Notes under the pieces: model-generated | Told to the model about the DNA's origin: nothing | What the model saw: only the letters and a program-made list of their open reading frames with translations | Databases searched by the model: none | Source of the DNA: Prochlorococcus sp. AG-679-M23 | GTDB taxonomy: Bacteria > Cyanobacteriota > Cyanobacteriia > PCC-6307 > Cyanobiaceae | DNA: 64,000 nt | Reading direction: 5' to 3' | Assembly: GCA_003208875.1 (NCBI GenBank) | Contig: QCUR01000001.1 | Span: 96,001-160,000, forward strand | Translations under genes and position numbers: made by a program | Shown here: piece after piece, positions 52,936 to 63,461 of the stretch | Position numbering within the stretch: the stretch's first letter is position 1 | Layout: each line of letters starts with the position of its first letter

Positions 52936-53784
52936 ATTGATGGGTCACAGCTAGGGCCTAGATTACTCATAAAATTCCTTCAAGATGCAGCTGGAAGAGG
53001 TGATCTTGATCCATGGGATATTGATGTTATAAGTGTTATCGATAGTTTTTTAGAGCAGTTTAATCATAATTTGCAATATTCATCTAATAATCAAACTTCA
53101 TATCAAAAAGACTTATCTGAGACAAGTGAAGCATTTTTTGCCGCCTCTGTATTAGTTAATTTAAAAGCTCAAGTTTTAGAATCTGATGTATTTCAAGAAG
53201 AAACATTAGGTTATGAAGAGGAAATTGGGATGGATAATCAAGAATGGATCAATGAAGGATTTGACATGCCAAAATATCCTGAAAAATATCTTAGAAGAAG
53301 ATCTGTAGCTCAACCCGTTATTAAACGTACATCTACATTAGGAGAACTTGTTAGCCAATTGGAATCTATTGCAGAAATAATTGAAACGCAGGATCTTTTG
53401 CTTATGAAAAGGAAAAGAAATAAAAAATATTCTGATAAGGCTTTGATCTCTAAAGTTCAATCTTTAGCGCATCGTGAAAAGCTTCCTGAAACAACTAAAG
53501 CACTTGGCAAGTTTCTTGATGGATGGGAAAAGGCATTACAATGGACTGATTTTGAATATTTAGTTAATAAATGGCAGACAGTAGTCAAAAGTGATTTAGA
53601 TAAAGATAGGCTGGGTGTATTTTGGGCTTTGTTATTTTTATCATCAGAAAATAAAATTGAATTAAAACAACAATATTCTCTCTATGGCCCAATACAAATT
53701 AAAAGGATTATTCAAGATGGAGAATTAGCTCAATTACCTATTGAAAATCTTGAGGTTTCAGAAAATTCTTCGACTGCTGCTTAG
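52936..53784 (+). CDS. scpA: Segregation and condensation protein A (start uncertain, probably non-canonical)
   Basis: In-frame LQDAAGRGDLDPWDIDV lies upstream of the track start; AASVLVNLKA and FWALLFL motifs. Confidence 0.82.
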   Translation: MDGSQLGPRLLIKFLQDAAGRGDLDPWDIDVISVIDSFLEQFNHNLQYSSNNQTSYQKDLSETSEAFFAASVLVNLKAQVLESDVFQEETLGYEEEIGMDNQEWINEGFDMPKYPEKYLRRRSVAQPVIKRTSTLGELVSQLESIAEIIETQDLLLMKRKRNKKYSDKALISKVQSLAHREKLPETTKALGKFLDGWEKALQWTDFEYLVNKWQTVVKSDLDKDRLGVFWALLFLSSENKIELKQQYSLYGPIQIKRIIQDGELAQLPIENLEVSENSSTAA

Positions 53785-53835
53785 TAGTAAAAGAGTAATA
53801 AAGTATAATCTTTAGAAAAGAGGTATATAGAGCTG

Positions 53836-55014
53836 ATGAAGGCAATGATACTTGCAGCAGGCAAAGGAACTCGCATTCAACCAATAACGCATATTATTCC
53901 TAAACCAATGATTCCTATTTTGCAAAAACCCGTGATGGAATTCCTTTTGGAACTTTTAAAAGAACATGGTTTTAAAGAAATAATGGTAAATGTTTCTCAT
54001 CTTGCAGAGGAAATTGAAAACTATTTTAGGGACGGGCAAAGATTTGGTGTTGAGATAGCCTACAGCTTTGAAGGAAGAATTGAAGATGGAGAAATGATTG
54101 GTGATGCTTTAGGTTCGGCCGGAGGATTAAAAAAAATTCAAGATTTTCAAAACTTTTTTGATGAAACTTTTGTTGTATTGTGCGGGGACGCCTTAGTTGA
54201 TTTAGATTTGACTGAAGCCGTTAAAAATCATAAGAAAAAAGGGGCGATAGCAAGCCTAATAACAAAAAAGGTTACTAGAGACCAGGTATCTAGTTATGGA
54301 GTTGTAGTATCTGATGAAAATGGGCGAATTCAAGCTTTTCAAGAAAAACCTGATGTAGATGATGCTTTGAGTGATTCAATTAATACTGGTATTTATCTTT
54401 TTGAGCCTGAGATTTTTAACTATATTCCATCAGGAGATAAATTTGATATAGGAGCTGATCTATTTCCTAAACTTGTAGAAATGGATTTGCCATTTTTTGC
54501 TTTGCCGATGGATTTTGAGTGGGTAGATATTGGAAAAGTTCCTGATTACTGGAGTGCGATTAGGAATGTTTTATTAGGTAAAGTAAGGCAAGTGGAAATC
54601 CCTGGAAAAGAAATTAAGCCTGGAGTCTTTACGGGTCTTAATGTTGCTGCAAATTGGGATAAAGTTAATATAAAAGGACCCGTTTATATTGGAGGGATGA
54701 CAAGAATAGAAGATGGTGCAACTATTATTGGCCCCTCTATGATTGGACCAAGTTGTTGTATTTGTGAGGGTGCAACTATAGATAACTCTATAATCTTTGA
54801 TTATTCAAAAATTGGGAAAGGAGTACAACTTGTCGATAAATTAGTATTTGGTAGATATTGTGTTGGAAAAAATGGAGACCATTTTGATTTGAAAGATGCT
54901 TCTTTGGATTGGTTAATAACAGACTCAAGAAGATTAGATTTAACAGAACCATCTCCTCAACAAAAAGCTATGGCAGAATTACTAGGAACTGATTTAATTA
55001 ACATTCCAGATTGA
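53836..55014 (+). CDS. cugP: NDP-sugar pyrophosphorylase (cyanobacterial CugP-type UDP-glucose pyrophosphorylase)
   Basis: LAAGKGTR, PKPMIP, EKP, WVDIG and a beta-helix tail. Confidence 0.8.
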   Translation: MKAMILAAGKGTRIQPITHIIPKPMIPILQKPVMEFLLELLKEHGFKEIMVNVSHLAEEIENYFRDGQRFGVEIAYSFEGRIEDGEMIGDALGSAGGLKKIQDFQNFFDETFVVLCGDALVDLDLTEAVKNHKKKGAIASLITKKVTRDQVSSYGVVVSDENGRIQAFQEKPDVDDALSDSINTGIYLFEPEIFNYIPSGDKFDIGADLFPKLVEMDLPFFALPMDFEWVDIGKVPDYWSAIRNVLLGKVRQVEIPGKEIKPGVFTGLNVAANWDKVNIKGPVYIGGMTRIEDGATIIGPSMIGPSCCICEGATIDNSIIFDYSKIGKGVQLVDKLVFGRYCVGKNGDHFDLKDASLDWLITDSRRLDLTEPSPQQKAMAELLGTDLINIPD

Positions 55015-55888
55015 GTCCAGCTTTTTCAAGTATCTCTGGGATAAGATGCTCTGATTTGACTGCCATAAGATGAATTCCATCTGCAATATTAATAAAATCT
55101 TTAGCTTGCTCTGAAGCAATTAATATTCCTTCTTTAAGTGGATTTTTTGCATCTTTGAGACGATTTAAAACATTTTCAGGAATATTCGCTCCAGGTACAA
55201 ATTTATTTATGAAAAGAGCATTTTTATATGATTTTAAAAGAAATACACCTGCAATTACTGGTATCTCAAGTGGATTGCTGATTTCGTTACAAAAGTCTGC
55301 TAAACATTTTTTATCCATAACTATTTGAGTTTGTAAGAAATTTGCTCCTGCCTCCTTTTTTTTTATTGTTCTACTTTTTAAACTTCTTTTATTTCGACAA
55401 CTTGGATCTACTGCAGCACCTGAAAAGATCCTAGTGCTTTTGTCTGGAAGTTGATTAAAAGTAGGGTCAATTCCTTGATTGAATGATTGAATTTGTTTTA
55501 ATAATCGCACTGCCTCAAATTCATGAACTGCTTTTGTTTCTTGCTGATCACCAGCTTTGACAGAATCTCCTGTAATGCATAGGATATTTTTAATACCTAA
55601 GGCATTTGCTCCAAGAATATCTGATTGTAAAGCGATTTTATTACGATCTCTGCATGAGATTTGCATTATAGGTTCTATCCCATTTTCCAGTAGAAGTTTA
55701 GACATTGCTAAACTGCACATCCTCATTATTGCTCTACTTCCATCTGTAACATTAACCGCATGCACCTTATTTTTGAGAATTTGTGCTATTTTAAGAGATC
55801 TTATGGGGTCTCCTCCTCTTGGCGGCATTAATTCTGCTGTAATTACTTTTAGATTTTTTTCTAAAGTTTGCTGAAGTTTTGATTTCAA
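54998..55888 (-). CDS. metF: Methylenetetrahydrofolate reductase
   Basis: AELMPPRG, NVTD, CRDRN, TGD, QTQ. Confidence 0.92.
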   Translation of the reverse strand: MKSKLQQTLEKNLKVITAELMPPRGGDPIRSLKIAQILKNKVHAVNVTDGSRAIMRMCSLAMSKLLLENGIEPIMQISCRDRNKIALQSDILGANALGIKNILCITGDSVKAGDQQETKAVHEFEAVRLLKQIQSFNQGIDPTFNQLPDKSTRIFSGAAVDPSCRNKRSLKSRTIKKKEAGANFLQTQIVMDKKCLADFCNEISNPLEIPVIAGVFLLKSYKNALFINKFVPGANIPENVLNRLKDAKNPLKEGILIASEQAKDFINIADGIHLMAVKSEHLIPEILEKAGLNLEC

Positions 55889-55965
55889 TTGCTTTTTTTC
55901 CTTACTTGGTTAAGAAGTTTACTGTTACTGCTAAACTCAATTAATATATAAAAGGAACTGTTTAA

Positions 55966-56244
55966 ATGCAAATGGTTGAAGAAGGTGTTAACGACATTGA
56001 TATGATGGGTCTCTCATCTAGAGAGATGGAAATCATAGATTTAGTAGCTGATGGGCTTACAAATCAAGAAATTGCTGTAAAGCTTACTATTAGTAAAAGA
56101 ACTGTTGATAATCATGTAAGTAATATGTTCACTAAAACAGGATCCAAAAATAGAGTAGCTCTTTTAAATTGGGCAATGGATCACGGAAAAATCTGTAGAG
56201 ATGGGTTTAATTGTTGTTCTCTACCTGATTCAGATCAAGATTAA
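55966..56244 (+). CDS. pedR: Small LuxR-type redox-responsive regulator PedR
   Basis: Stand-alone LuxR HTH with C-terminal KICRDGFNCC cysteines. Confidence 0.8.
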   Translation: MQMVEEGVNDIDMMGLSSREMEIIDLVADGLTNQEIAVKLTISKRTVDNHVSNMFTKTGSKNRVALLNWAMDHGKICRDGFNCCSLPDSDQD

Positions 56245-56392
56245 TATTATTTTCTTTATAGACACTAGATATTGAATTCATTAAACAACAATGTGATGAA
56301 TTGAGTTCAAAAAGTTCTGCATAATCAAGACATGCTTCTCTATCAAAGTTGACGCATCTTAGTATCCCATCTTTGTCATACAGACCATACAT
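56207..56392 (-). CDS. 61-aa hypothetical protein
   Basis: ATG ORF MYGLYDKDGILR...ACLDYAELFEL that fills the gap. Confidence 0.6.
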   Translation of the reverse strand: MYGLYDKDGILRCVNFDREACLDYAELFELNSSHCCLMNSISSVYKENNINLDLNQVENNN

Positions 56393-56465
56393 ATCAAAAA
56401 AAAATACGCTGTATTACAAATATAAAGAAAATACAAAGGGAAAGAGAGTTTTTGGCTAATTTTTT

Positions 56466-56942
56466 TTAAATCTTTGTTTCCCATTTTGCAAAGGGATGTT
56501 TTGTCAGATTAAGATTGGTATATATTGTTAGGCCTGTAATTTCTTTTGCTAAAAAAGATGGAAGAATAACTTTCTCTTTTTCTTCAGTTAGCTCAATTTC
56601 GGCAATTTTTAAAGGAAAATTTTTTTCTTTAAAGCAATCTATAATCCAATCTTTTTGATTAACTTTTAAAAAAAATCTTTCTTTTTTAATTGTATTGGCA
56701 AGAGTTGCCATGATTTTTTCACCTTCACTATTTGGTATTGAGTATTCAAATTCGTAATTAGTAAAATTTTTAATATGTTTTTTAAGTGCAATTTTATATT
56801 TTTTGCCGTTAAATCTGATTCTTATTATCCAATCTTCTAAATCGTAGGAAAGATAGCCCTGCTCTATAAAAGTTTTATGAGTAATAAATTCCTTCCATTG
56901 ATCATTTTTGATTAGAAATCGCCTTTCAATTTCTAATGACAT
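56466..56942 (-). CDS. CYTH-domain (triphosphate tunnel) protein
   Basis: EIERRFL, QGYL, EFEY, AEIEL. Confidence 0.88.
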   Translation of the reverse strand: MSLEIERRFLIKNDQWKEFITHKTFIEQGYLSYDLEDWIIRIRFNGKKYKIALKKHIKNFTNYEFEYSIPNSEGEKIMATLANTIKKERFFLKVNQKDWIIDCFKEKNFPLKIAEIELTEEKEKVILPSFLAKEITGLTIYTNLNLTKHPFAKWETKI

Positions 56943-57857
56943 CTAATTATTTTGATTATTTTTTAATGATAAATCTCCTTTCCAATCAAGCTTTTTGATT
57001 AATGTATTGTAATAGGAAATGCTTTTATTAAATTTAATCATTCTACAGGGCTTTGTTACTTTATTTATTTCACAATAATCATTTTCTTTTATAGTCATGC
57101 ACTTTGATCCATCTTTCCATAGTTTTATTTCTCTTTTATTCTTTTGAACGGCTCTAATTATTACTTTACTTGTATCAGGAATAATAATTGGCCGGCTAGC
57201 TAAGCTCATAGGGCATATTGGATTTATTACGAAGGCATTTATTGAAGGGTGTACTATTGGACCTCCTGCTGCCATAGAGTATGCCGTAGAACCAGTTGAG
57301 GAAGAAATAATTAAACCATCACCTTTATATTCGTTTACTTTCTCACTATCTATTTCGATTTGAATTTGATTGGTTGGAGAAATATCTTCTTCAACAGATT
57401 TAAAATAAAAATCATTTAATGCATCATACCTTTTGAGTAATTTTCTTTCTCTGTGCTTTTCGTAACTATATACATCACAATGTAATCTGTTTCTGAAATC
57501 AGTTATGAATTCTTTTTTTTCTAAAATTTTGATAAATGATTTGTCAAACAAAAAATCCTTCTCTTGAGTCAAAAATCCTAAATTACCGCCAATATTAAAA
57601 CTAAGTATAGGAATATCATAGTTAACTAATGCATTTGCAGATTTAAGAACAGTGCCATCACCACCAAGAACAATGACTAGATCAGGTAATGCAGCAAGGT
57701 TGCAAAAGTAACTTTCTAATTGATTGTTATCAAAATCACTTTCTATCCTTTTTGATTTAATATTTTTATCTTTGAGAGCTTTGGTACAGAATATGGATGC
57801 CTGTTTAGCGCTTGGGCTATTAGAGCGAAATATAATAAGCACCAATGAGAGGTTCAC
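56943..57857 (-). CDS. nadK: NAD kinase
   Basis: GGDGT, GNLGFL, ND, GDG...[12 protein letters not shown]. Confidence 0.93.
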   Translation of the reverse strand: MNLSLVLIIFRSNSPSAKQASIFCTKALKDKNIKSKRIESDFDNNQLESYFCNLAALPDLVIVLGGDGTVLKSANALVNYDIPILSFNIGGNLGFLTQEKDFLFDKSFIKILEKKEFITDFRNRLHCDVYSYEKHRERKLLKRYDALNDFYFKSVEEDISPTNQIQIEIDSEKVNEYKGDGLIISSSTGSTAYSMAAGGPIVHPSINAFVINPICPMSLASRPIIIPDTSKVIIRAVQKNKREIKLWKDGSKCMTIKENDYCEINKVTKPCRMIKFNKSISYYNTLIKKLDWKGDLSLKNNQNN

Positions 57858-57867
57858 CTGATGCTTG

Positions 57868-58188
57868 TTACCACTTTAATAAATTAAAACTTTCCATATC
57901 CACAGTTACTCTATTTCTATAAAGAGATAACAATATAGCTAAACCTACAGCTGCTTCTGCTGCTGCAACTGTAATAACAAAAATTGTAAAAACCTGCCCT
58001 TGAATTAGATTATTGTCCACATAAGAAGAGAAGGCCATCAAATTTATATTAACGGCATTCAACATTAACTCTATACTCATAAGTACTCTAACTGCATTTC
58101 TACTATTTAATAATCCCCAAATACCAATACAAAATAACATTGAGGAAACTATTAAAAAAGCTTGAAGTGGGATGGATTCTAAATTCAT
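57868..58188 (-). CDS. ndhE: NDH-1 subunit E (4L)
   Basis: [12 protein letters not shown] and [10 protein letters not shown]. Confidence 0.96.
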   Translation of the reverse strand: MNLESIPLQAFLIVSSMLFCIGIWGLLNSRNAVRVLMSIELMLNAVNINLMAFSSYVDNNLIQGQVFTIFVITVAAAEAAVGLAILLSLYRNRVTVDMESFNLLKW

Positions 58189-58189
58189 A

Positions 58190-58789
58190 TTAATTTTTTT
58201 TTATTAATAAAGGTTCATTTGGCTTCTCTATTAGTTCTTGATCTACCGGTAATCCTGTTGAAACATCTTTATTCATAACATCTCTTCTAGCCAAAACAAT
58301 AGCTCCAATCATGGCCATTAAAAGTAATACAGATGCCACCTCAAAGGGGAGCAAATAATCACTAAATAAGTGTTCTCCAATTCTTATTGTAGATTCTTCG
58401 CCTATAGATGCACTAGGTTCTGCCAATCCCCAAGTATTGGATAAGTCAACTCTAATTAACAAACTTAGAAGAGTTAAGCAAATTGATGTTGAAATAATTT
58501 TTCTTGATTTAATATTTTCAATAGGCCTTAAATCTTCTTTTTTATTAACCAACATTATTGCAAAAATTATTAGTACATTAACTGCCCCTACATAAACTAA
58601 AACTTGAGCTGCAGCTACAAAACTCGCGTTTAATAGAAGATATAAGCCTGCAACACTCATGAAAACCCCACCGAGCAAAAATGCAGAGTAAACAATATTC
58701 TCAAGAAGGATTACTCCTAGTGCTCCAATTATTACAACTAAAGATAGTACTGAAAAACAAATTATTTGGGTTGTGAATGCTATAGACAT
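58190..58789 (-). CDS. ndhG: NDH-1 subunit G (6)
   Basis: [12 protein letters not shown] and YLLPFE. Confidence 0.95.
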   Translation of the reverse strand: MSIAFTTQIICFSVLSLVVIIGALGVILLENIVYSAFLLGGVFMSVAGLYLLLNASFVAAAQVLVYVGAVNVLIIFAIMLVNKKEDLRPIENIKSRKIISTSICLTLLSLLIRVDLSNTWGLAEPSASIGEESTIRIGEHLFSDYLLPFEVASVLLLMAMIGAIVLARRDVMNKDVSTGLPVDQELIEKPNEPLLIKKN

Positions 58790-58802
58790 TTATTATTTAC
58801 AG

Positions 58803-59429
58803 TTATTTATTTGGTTTGATAGTAGGGTTTTTAATATCATTCAATTCTGGTTTCATCCAATCATAAACTTCTTCTGGTAGTTTACCAACTCTTACATCTG
58901 CAGGAGGAACTTCATGAGGATCCATAACTCCTTTAGGCAAATATGCAAGTTCTCTAAGAGGTTTTACAGAAGGATCAGTAGTAACGTTTGTTGGAAGTCT
59001 ACCTAATGCTATATTGTCAAAATTTAAATTATGTCTATCGAATGTAGCTAATTCATATTCTTCAGTCATAGATAAGCAATTTGTAGGACAATATTCAACA
59101 CAATTACCGCAAAAAATACAAACTCCAAAGTCTATAGAGTAATTTCTAAGTTCCTTTTTCTTAGTTTCTTTATTCATAATCCAGTCCACGACTGGTAGAT
59201 TTATAGGACAAACGCGTACGCAAACCTCACAGGCTATACATTTGTCAAATTCATAATGGATTCTTCCTCTATATCTTTCAGAAGGAATTAACTTCTCATA
59301 AGGGTATTGAACAGTAACTGGTCTTCTACGAAGATGATCAAAAGTTACAGAAAATCCATCAAATAAATATTTACCAGCACTAAAGGCTTCTTTTATATAA
59401 CTATTTACTTTTTGAAGAAAATCTTTCAT
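58803..59429 (-). CDS. ndhI: NDH-1 subunit I
   Basis: Two CxxCxxCxxxCP ferredoxin motifs. Confidence 0.96.
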   Translation of the reverse strand: MKDFLQKVNSYIKEAFSAGKYLFDGFSVTFDHLRRRPVTVQYPYEKLIPSERYRGRIHYEFDKCIACEVCVRVCPINLPVVDWIMNKETKKKELRNYSIDFGVCIFCGNCVEYCPTNCLSMTEEYELATFDRHNLNFDNIALGRLPTNVTTDPSVKPLRELAYLPKGVMDPHEVPPADVRVGKLPEEVYDWMKPELNDIKNPTIKPNK

Positions 59430-59470
59430 TTAAAGAATTTACTTGGTTATTTCATTCTAGTGGATTTATT

Positions 59471-59500
59471 TAATGTTTAAGTATATGTACTTAAACATTA
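59471..59500. repeat. 13-bp perfect inverted repeat (hairpin) at the ndhA stop
   Basis: TAATGTTTAAGTA-TATG-TACTTAAACATTA. Confidence 0.88.
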
Positions 59501-60616
59501 TCCACCAAAAAATTGAGGGAAAGCTAATTTTAGTCCTGCTGTCACAAGTAGATTAGCAAGAGATATGGGTAGAAGGAATTTCCATCCTAAATCTAGTAGT
59601 TGATCTATTCTCACCCTTGGTGTTGTCCAGCGCAATAATATAGCAACAAAAACCAATAGATATGCTTTGAGAACAGTCATTATGATTCCTATAGAAGCTG
59701 TGAAAACTTGAATCACAGGAGCATCAATTGGAAGATTTAGAACTTTAGCAATTATCTCAACAGGAATAGGAAATCCCCATCCACCTAGATAAAGTATGGA
59801 TACTAATAATGCAGATAGGATTAAATTTATATAACTGCCTAAATAGAATAAAGCAAATTTCATTCCAGCATATTCAGTTTGATAACCCGCTACTAATTCT
59901 TCCTCAGCTTCTGGTAAGTCGAATGGTAGCCTTTCGCATTCAGCAAGAGCACATATCCAGAAAATTATGAATCCAATAGGTTGCCTCCATATATTCCAAC
60001 TTAATATTCCAGCTCCGCTTTGTTGATTAACAATATCAACAGTACTAAGGGAATTTGTCATTAAAACGATAGCTAGTACAGATAAAGCCAGAGGTATTTC
60101 ATAGCTAATAGATTGGGCAGCTGCTCTTAATCCGCCTAATAATGAATATTTATTATTTGAGGCGTAGCCGCTCATAAGAAGTCCAATAGGTTGAATACTA
60201 CTTAGAGCTATCCAAAGAAAAATTCCAATACCAACATTACTAATAAGTAAGTTTTGGCCAAAGGGAACAATTAACCAGGAGAGAATAACTGGTACCAATA
60301 CCAATATTGGTCCAGCAGTGAATAGAATTGAATCTGCTTTTGCAGGAATAATATCTTCTTTTACAAGTAATTTCAGACCGTCTGCAATCGGTTGAAGTAC
60401 TCCTAAAGCTCCTGCATATTCTGGACCTATTCTTTGTTGGGCAGCAGCAGATATTTTTCTTTCTAACCAAACTGTGACTAATACACCAACTACTGCTGAT
60501 ACTAAAACTAATAACATTGGTAAAGGTAGCCAGATTATGTGAGCAAGTTCACTTGAGAGGCCGAAGCCTTTTAAAATTTCATTAAAACTATATTCGAGAT
60601 CTAATCCGGAGTTCAA
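59498..60616 (-). CDS. ndhA: NDH-1 subunit A (1)
   Basis: [28 protein letters not shown]. Confidence 0.96.
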   Translation of the reverse strand: MNSGLDLEYSFNEILKGFGLSSELAHIIWLPLPMLLVLVSAVVGVLVTVWLERKISAAAQQRIGPEYAGALGVLQPIADGLKLLVKEDIIPAKADSILFTAGPILVLVPVILSWLIVPFGQNLLISNVGIGIFLWIALSSIQPIGLLMSGYASNNKYSLLGGLRAAAQSISYEIPLALSVLAIVLMTNSLSTVDIVNQQSGAGILSWNIWRQPIGFIIFWICALAECERLPFDLPEAEEELVAGYQTEYAGMKFALFYLGSYINLILSALLVSILYLGGWGFPIPVEIIAKVLNLPIDAPVIQVFTASIGIIMTVLKAYLLVFVAILLRWTTPRVRIDQLLDLGWKFLLPISLANLLVTAGLKLAFPQFFGG

Positions 60617-60691
60617 AATTTTGTTGTTAGTTATTCTTTAGAGTAACTCTTCATAAACAATATGTGTGTTTTTTATGAAAAGCTGAAAATA

Positions 60692-61837
60692 TTATTTTCG
60701 ATTTTCTAAAGTAATCCAATCTCTTGGAGCCGAACCAGTATAAATTTGAGATGGTCTAAAAATTCTGTTTGCTCCTAATTGTTCTCTCCAATGAGCTAAC
60801 CAACCTGCGACTCTTGATATTGCAAAAATAGGAGTAAATAAGTCTCGGGGAATACCAAGTTTTCTGTAAACAAGGCCAGAATAGAAATCAACGTTTGGAA
60901 AAATGCCTTTTCCTCCTAGCCTTGGAATAGCCTCTAACTCTAATTTTTTAGCAACTTCATACATTTCATCTTTTCCAAACCTAACAAAAAGCTCCTCTGC
61001 TAATTTCTGAAGAATAATTGCTCGAGGATCTTTAACTTTATACTCTCGATGTCCGAAACCCATTATTTTACTTTTTTTTCGAATCGCATCTTCTAAAAAA
61101 GAAGCAGCTTTTTCAGGAGTTTTAATATCTTCTAACATGGCAATTACATCTTCATTTGCTCCTCCATGAAGAGGACCAGCTAATGTTCCTACTGCAGAAG
61201 CAATTACCGCGTATGGGTCTGTAAGCGTACTAGCCGTAACACGTGCGCTAAATGTACTAGCATTTAAACTATGTTCTGCATGAAGAATTAGGCATCTATC
61301 AAAAACTTTTGCAGCTATGGGATCTTGTTCTTTTTCAGTCAACATATAAAGAAAATTTGATGAGTAAGATAAATCATCTCTTGGTTGAATGGGATCTTGT
61401 CCTTTTCTTATAAGTTGAAATGCAGCAATCATTGTTGGAATTTTTGCAATTAGTCTTATCACTGCGTTGTAGATATATTTGGGATCATCTATCGCTCTTC
61501 TTGAGTAGAAAAGACCAAGAGAGGCGGCACTGGACTGCAGAGCATCCATGGGATGCCCTGTGGCAGGGAAGCATTTCATCATATCTCTTACTCTGAAGCT
61601 TAATCTCCTATGCATCTGTACTTCTTGTTCAAAATCCCTTAGTTCTGTAGCTGAAGGTAATTCTCCCCAAATTAATAAAAAAGCAGTTTCTAAGAAACTA
61701 CTTTTCTGCGCTAATTCTTCAATTGAATAGCCTCTATACAATAATTTTCCTTTTTGACCATCAATATCACATATTGATGAATTAGTTACTGGAACACCCT
61801 CTAATCCTGGTTTTAAAATTAGTTTATGAGTATCCAA
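60692..61837 (-). CDS. gltA: Citrate synthase
   Basis: PGLEGV, HAEH, GPLHGGAN, MGFGHR, PNVDFYSG. Confidence 0.96.
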   Translation of the reverse strand: MDTHKLILKPGLEGVPVTNSSICDIDGQKGKLLYRGYSIEELAQKSSFLETAFLLIWGELPSATELRDFEQEVQMHRRLSFRVRDMMKCFPATGHPMDALQSSAASLGLFYSRRAIDDPKYIYNAVIRLIAKIPTMIAAFQLIRKGQDPIQPRDDLSYSSNFLYMLTEKEQDPIAAKVFDRCLILHAEHSLNASTFSARVTASTLTDPYAVIASAVGTLAGPLHGGANEDVIAMLEDIKTPEKAASFLEDAIRKKSKIMGFGHREYKVKDPRAIILQKLAEELFVRFGKDEMYEVAKKLELEAIPRLGGKGIFPNVDFYSGLVYRKLGIPRDLFTPIFAISRVAGWLAHWREQLGANRIFRPSQIYTGSAPRDWITLENRK

Positions 61838-61915
61838 AATTTTATGGAATATAAATCGTTTATAGGTCTAAGATAGTCAAATAATTTTTAGTTAACCACA
61901 AGATATCAATCAAAT

Positions 61916-63400
61916 TTAATTATTAAATATTTTTAAATTAGATTCTGCATAATAAAAAGGAGCTTTTTCTGGAATAGATTGTTTGATTATTGCCTTAAAT
62001 TCTATAATTGATAAATTAATTATATTTTTAAAAAAGCAATTAATGTTTTCTAAATTAGTGAAATTTTTAGTTTGAAATGAGTAAGGATTTCTGAGATTTA
62101 ATTTTTTATTTAGAAAATATTTAGCATGACTATCACCTCTTAAACTAAAAAACTCATTTGAAATTAAATCTATATCTGCTTCATTTACCAAAGTATTACT
62201 AATAAAGTTTAGATTGTCAGTCTGAACTAAAAAAATCTTTTTATAATTAGACTGTTTTATGGTATTTTCTTCTTTTTTAAGTACATCTTTTGAGTATATT
62301 GTATAAATTTTATTGTTATTTTCTAAACTATTTTTATTAAAATCTTCTAATAATTTTATTCTTTCAATTGAAAAATTATTCTTATCGTAAATTAATAACC
62401 AATTATTATCAGAACTTAAGAATAGTATATTTTGTTTTAAATTATTATTTATTTCTTTAATAAAATCTTTTTCAAAACTATTTATTTCGATATTATCAAG
62501 ATATTTATTAGAATCTAATAAATTATTATAAATCGCTATCTGATAGTTTTTTTTATCTAAAATATTTACATTATCCATGTTTTTATAAGATATAATATCT
62601 AAACTCTTGTCATTATTAAACAAATAAGATTTTAATATAAGATCTTTATCTTTAAAACTAAATAAAGTTACTAAATAGTCCTCTTTACTTAGAGGATAAA
62701 TGTTGTTATTTAATAATTCATTTGTTTTAAAATTATTAGTGAAGAAGATATTATGTTCATTTTTAAAATTATTCAATAATCCTTTAAAAGATATATATTT
62801 TTCCTCGATATTTTTATCAATATTTATTGATTGTAATACATTCATTATTAGTTTTTTATTAGAAGAAGCAATAATATAATTATCATTAGTTCGATAAATA
62901 TATTTTAAATAATTTAATTTATTTTCTCTAAATATTTTAATTAATTTATTAGGCTCATCAATTTTATTGGTAAGATTTAAAACATCGTCTATATCTTTTT
63001 TTTCCTTAATTTTAAAAATTATTAAAGTATCATCTATATCTTTTTCTTTATTATCATAGGTAGTTATTGCAAGTTCATTATTATAAACTTCTTCTAATTT
63101 GTTAGTACCTAAATCTATACCTAAGTAAGCTAATATACTATTTTTTATCAAAGCAATCTCATCTTGGTTTTTCTTTTCAAAGTTTGTCTTTATGGCGTTA
63201 GTGATTTCTGAACTTTTAGTATTTGAAACGAAGAATGTTTTATGATCTTTCGGTAAGTACTTTAAGATTTTCAATTCTGAAATATCATCTAGGCTTTCTT
63301 TATTTAAACTATAAGAAATTTCTTCAAATCCAAAAATACAACATAAGAATATTATTGTTATTATAGTTAATTGTTTAATATTCATTTTTATTTTTAACAA
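61916..63400 (-). CDS. Large exported Asn/Lys/Ile-rich protein (possibly a divergent DUF3352-like protein)
   Basis: 494-aa uninterrupted ORF, N-terminal signal/TM segment, LKYLP motif; family call tentative. Confidence 0.6.
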   Translation of the reverse strand: MLKIKMNIKQLTIITIIFLCCIFGFEEISYSLNKESLDDISELKILKYLPKDHKTFFVSNTKSSEITNAIKTNFEKKNQDEIALIKNSILAYLGIDLGTNKLEEVYNNELAITTYDNKEKDIDDTLIIFKIKEKKDIDDVLNLTNKIDEPNKLIKIFRENKLNYLKYIYRTNDNYIIASSNKKLIMNVLQSINIDKNIEEKYISFKGLLNNFKNEHNIFFTNNFKTNELLNNNIYPLSKEDYLVTLFSFKDKDLILKSYLFNNDKSLDIISYKNMDNVNILDKKNYQIAIYNNLLDSNKYLDNIEINSFEKDFIKEINNNLKQNILFLSSDNNWLLIYDKNNFSIERIKLLEDFNKNSLENNNKIYTIYSKDVLKKEENTIKQSNYKKIFLVQTDNLNFISNTLVNEADIDLISNEFFSLRGDSHAKYFLNKKLNLRNPYSFQTKNFTNLENINCFFKNIINLSIIEFKAIIKQSIPEKAPFYYAESNLKIFNN

Positions 63401-63461
63401 TAAACATGTTCTTGCAACCTAACTTATAAAATTGTTAATAACAAATATTTAATTCTAACAA

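Noticed and set aside
53071..53784. scpA as a truncated pseudogene
   Set aside because: The upstream conserved region is in frame with no stop or frameshift, so a start-codon problem is the simpler explanation.
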